Source: an uncultured Calothrix sp.
GTDB taxonomy: Bacteria; Cyanobacteriota; Cyanobacteriia; Cyanobacteriales; Nostocaceae
NCBI GenBank assembly: GCA_937884685.1
Contig: CAKZYM010001130.1
Coordinates: 1-54,407, forward strand
Reading direction: 5' to 3'
Length of the DNA: 54,407 nt
The position numbers and the translations under genes were made by a program. The notes under the pieces were generated by a model, which was given only the letters and a program-made list of their open reading frames with translations, was not told where the DNA came from and did no database searches. Below are positions 52,097 through 54,407 of the stretch, piece after piece. How positions within the stretch are numbered: the first letter of the stretch is position 1; each line of letters starts with the position of its first letter.

Positions 52097-52293
52097 GCAA
52101 TCAAAATAAATTTCGCTGCCATTAATTGATATTTGATATCCAAAACCGAATAAAAAATATACTGCGGAGACAATCTAAATACAAATTTAAATTGCTTCCG
52201 CAGAAACTACCAATTAACTATTAATCGAATTAATTAATTATTAATCAGCTTCACAAATATAATAAGTCCTCATCTCGGACATAATTAATGATG

Positions 52294-53367
52294 CTATTCT
52301 TCATCTAATTCTTCGTCATCATCATCATCAGTTGGCTGTCCCACGGAGTTCGCAGAAACAACAGCACCTAAGTCTAACTTCTCAAGAACTTTCAGCCTAA
52401 TTTCTTCAAGCAGTTCTGGCTTTTCTTCAAGATATTTAATAGCGTTATCTCTTCCCTGAGAAATATTATCGCCGTTGTAACTGTACCAAGCTCCTTTACG
52501 ATTGATAACGCTAGTTTCTTCTGCCAGGTCAACAATACAGCCCAAGGTAGAAATACCTTTACCGAAGATAACGTCAAACTCGGCAATTCTGAAAGGTGGA
52601 GCAACCTTATTTTTAGCCACTTTAACTTTGACACGGATACCAAATTCTTCTGTACCTTTTTTCAAGGTTTGAATGCGTCGAATGTCTAGACGCACGGAAG
52701 AGTAATATTTCAGAGCGTTACCACCAGTGGTAGTTTCCGGGTTACCGTAGCTAATACCAATTTTCATACGCAACTGGTTAATAAACATGACTGTACAGCC
52801 AGATTTACCAATGTTGCCAGTAATTTTACGTAATGCTTGGCTCATCAATCGTGCTTGAAGACCGACGTGAGTGTCGCCCATGTCCCCTTCAATTTCCGCG
52901 CGAGGAACCAATGCTGCTACTGAGTCAATACCCACAATATCAACCGCAGCAGAACGTACCAGCTGGTCTACAATTTCTAGAGCAGCTTCTCCAGTGTCTG
53001 GCTGAGATATTAACAAGTTCTCAATATCAACACCCAAAGCAGCAGCATAAGTCGGGTCAAGAGCATGTTCTGCGTCTACATAAGCTGCAATACCCCCTTC
53101 TTTCTGTACCTCAGCTACTGCATGCAGCGCTACGGTTGTTTTACCAGAACTTTCAGGACCGTAAATTTCAACTACTCGTCCTTTAGGTAAACCGCCACCT
53201 AATGCTAAATCTAAAGTAAGCGCTCCAGTGGAAATCGTCTCAACACGCATACGGGTAGCATCCCCGAGACGCATGATTGTACCTTTGCCAAAAGTTCGCT
53301 CTATCTGGTTAAGAACCATACCCAGCGCTTTTTGCTTACCTGCATTTTCTGTATTAGTAGCCGCCAT
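52294..53367 (-). CDS. recA: Recombinase A
   Basis: [47 protein letters not shown]. Confidence 0.98.
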   Translation of the reverse strand: MAATNTENAGKQKALGMVLNQIERTFGKGTIMRLGDATRMRVETISTGALTLDLALGGGLPKGRVVEIYGPESSGKTTVALHAVAEVQKEGGIAAYVDAEHALDPTYAAALGVDIENLLISQPDTGEAALEIVDQLVRSAAVDIVGIDSVAALVPRAEIEGDMGDTHVGLQARLMSQALRKITGNIGKSGCTVMFINQLRMKIGISYGNPETTTGGNALKYYSSVRLDIRRIQTLKKGTEEFGIRVKVKVAKNKVAPPFRIAEFDVIFGKGISTLGCIVDLAEETSVINRKGAWYSYNGDNISQGRDNAIKYLEEKPELLEEIRLKVLEKLDLGAVVSANSVGQPTDDDDDEELDEE

Positions 53368-53416
53368 TTGAACCTCTAAATATATGACTTTGGGGTTTTG
53401 TCTTGATAATCTTAAT

Positions 53417-53430
53417 AGAACAGATATACT
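53417..53430 (-). promoter_or_regulatory. Cyanobacterial LexA box (proximal)
   Basis: Minus strand AGTAT-ATC-TGTTCT vs consensus RGTAC-NNN-DGTWCB, 50 bp upstream of recA. Confidence 0.85.
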
Positions 53431-53760
53431 ATCATGTCATCTTAGCACTAGCGAACTCGATGTAGCTTAGCTAGGCATTAAGGGATATTGAAATCGATGA
53501 CCGGTTTGGGTTTCGGATGAATATTTATTATCTAAGCTGGTTATGAGATAGCCACAATTGTTAAAAAATAGTTTTACATATATTTACATAAATATGGCTT
53601 GAGTCTGCTTATTGATTGCTCCTGACTTTCGGACGCTACTTTCGGACGCTACTAAATGTTAGATGATTTTATATAGCCGAAAGTGAATATGGATCAGATT
53701 TAAATCAATCAGTTGTAATTCTTCTAGTTGAACTTGACCGATTTTTGATTGATTTAGATG

Positions 53761-53774
53761 TGTACTATAGTACT
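53761..53774. promoter_or_regulatory. Second LexA-box-like site (distal)
   Basis: TGTAC-TAT-AGTACT, one mismatch to consensus. Confidence 0.55.
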
Positions 53775-53893
53775 CGTTTAAAGGATTTATTGTAGCTGAA
53801 TTAAATCTTTAATTTAGATTGTATCCGGAACCGAACCGGCAAAATGTTAGAAAATATTAATTTATGCTGCTTTGCATTACGGAAGTCATAAAG

Positions 53894-54407
53894 CTATATC
53901 GGAGCCTCAGTATTTGAAAGTAATGTAATGATGTTATGCTCCACGGCTTCTGGGGATTGGTTGCCGTCGATAGTTAACAAACGATGACGACGGTCATAAT
54001 ATTCTAGTATAGGAATCGTCCTGTCATAGAAAAGTTCAACTCGACGCTGAACTATTTCGGGCTGGTCATCGGGCTGAGACCGCGCTTTTGAACGACTTAC
54101 CATCACGGCTTGTGAAGTTTGTAGATATATAGCGTAATTTAACTTTTGCCCTAATTCATCAAGCAAAAAGTCTAATTCTTCGGCTTGAAATGCTGTACGA
54201 GGATAACCTTCTAAAACCCAGCCTTTGGTAAAATTGGGCTGCTGTAAATGATTGCGAATTAAATTAATCATCAATTCATCAGACACTAATTCACCAGTTG
54301 CGATAGCATACCGTGCATTCTCAGCTAATTCGCCTAAACTTGATGTAGCCTGCCTTAAAATTTCACCTGTGGAAATTGTAGGTACATTAAAGTGTCTGCT
54401 GAGATTT
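53894..54407 (-). CDS. adk: Adenylate kinase family protein (short-LID type), 5' end outside window
   Basis: Frame is open to the window edge: ISTGEILRQ...GELVSDEL...GWVLEGYPRT..Q...DD.PE.VQRR. Confidence 0.85.
   Translation of the reverse strand, partial: NLSRHFNVPTISTGEILRQATSSLGELAENARYAIATGELVSDELMINLIRNHLQQPNFTKGWVLEGYPRTAFQAEELDFLLDELGQKLNYAIYLQTSQAVMVSRSKARSQPDDQPEIVQRRVELFYDRTIPILEYYDRRHRLLTIDGNQSPEAVEHNIITLLSNTEAPI

Overview
AT-rich chromosomal window from a filamentous cyanobacterium, probably Nostocales/Rivulariaceae-like (heptamer STRR repeats, cyanobacterial Pho, LexA and SmtB boxes, CPP1-like and DUF2811 genes). The left ~35 kb is accessory. It holds a Pho-box-preceded tandem-domain alkaline phosphatase, an HstK-type Ser/Thr-His hybrid kinase, and a three-gene minus-strand cluster (tryptophan prenyltransferase, AetD-like heme-oxygenase-like diiron enzyme, FAD monooxygenase) that predicts a prenylated indole-nitrile pathway. 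This cluster is the best candidate for an undescribed system. The accessory part also has a ppiC-hlyB-hlyD type I secretion operon surrounded by four signal-peptide-less RTX/DUF4114 exoproteins. The right ~19 kb is mostly core: hppD, HAD hydrolase, CPP1-like gene, OmpR regulator, DUF2811, MFS, hisIE, hemL, smtA, SpkB-like kinase, FHA protein, recA and partial adk. It also carries a TnpB remnant, a decayed IS5-family element, a ChaB pseudogene, several MITE-like repeats and a phased DnaA-box-like cluster. No rRNA, tRNA or CRISPR array was seen. All family calls come from recognising motifs by eye, not from database searches.
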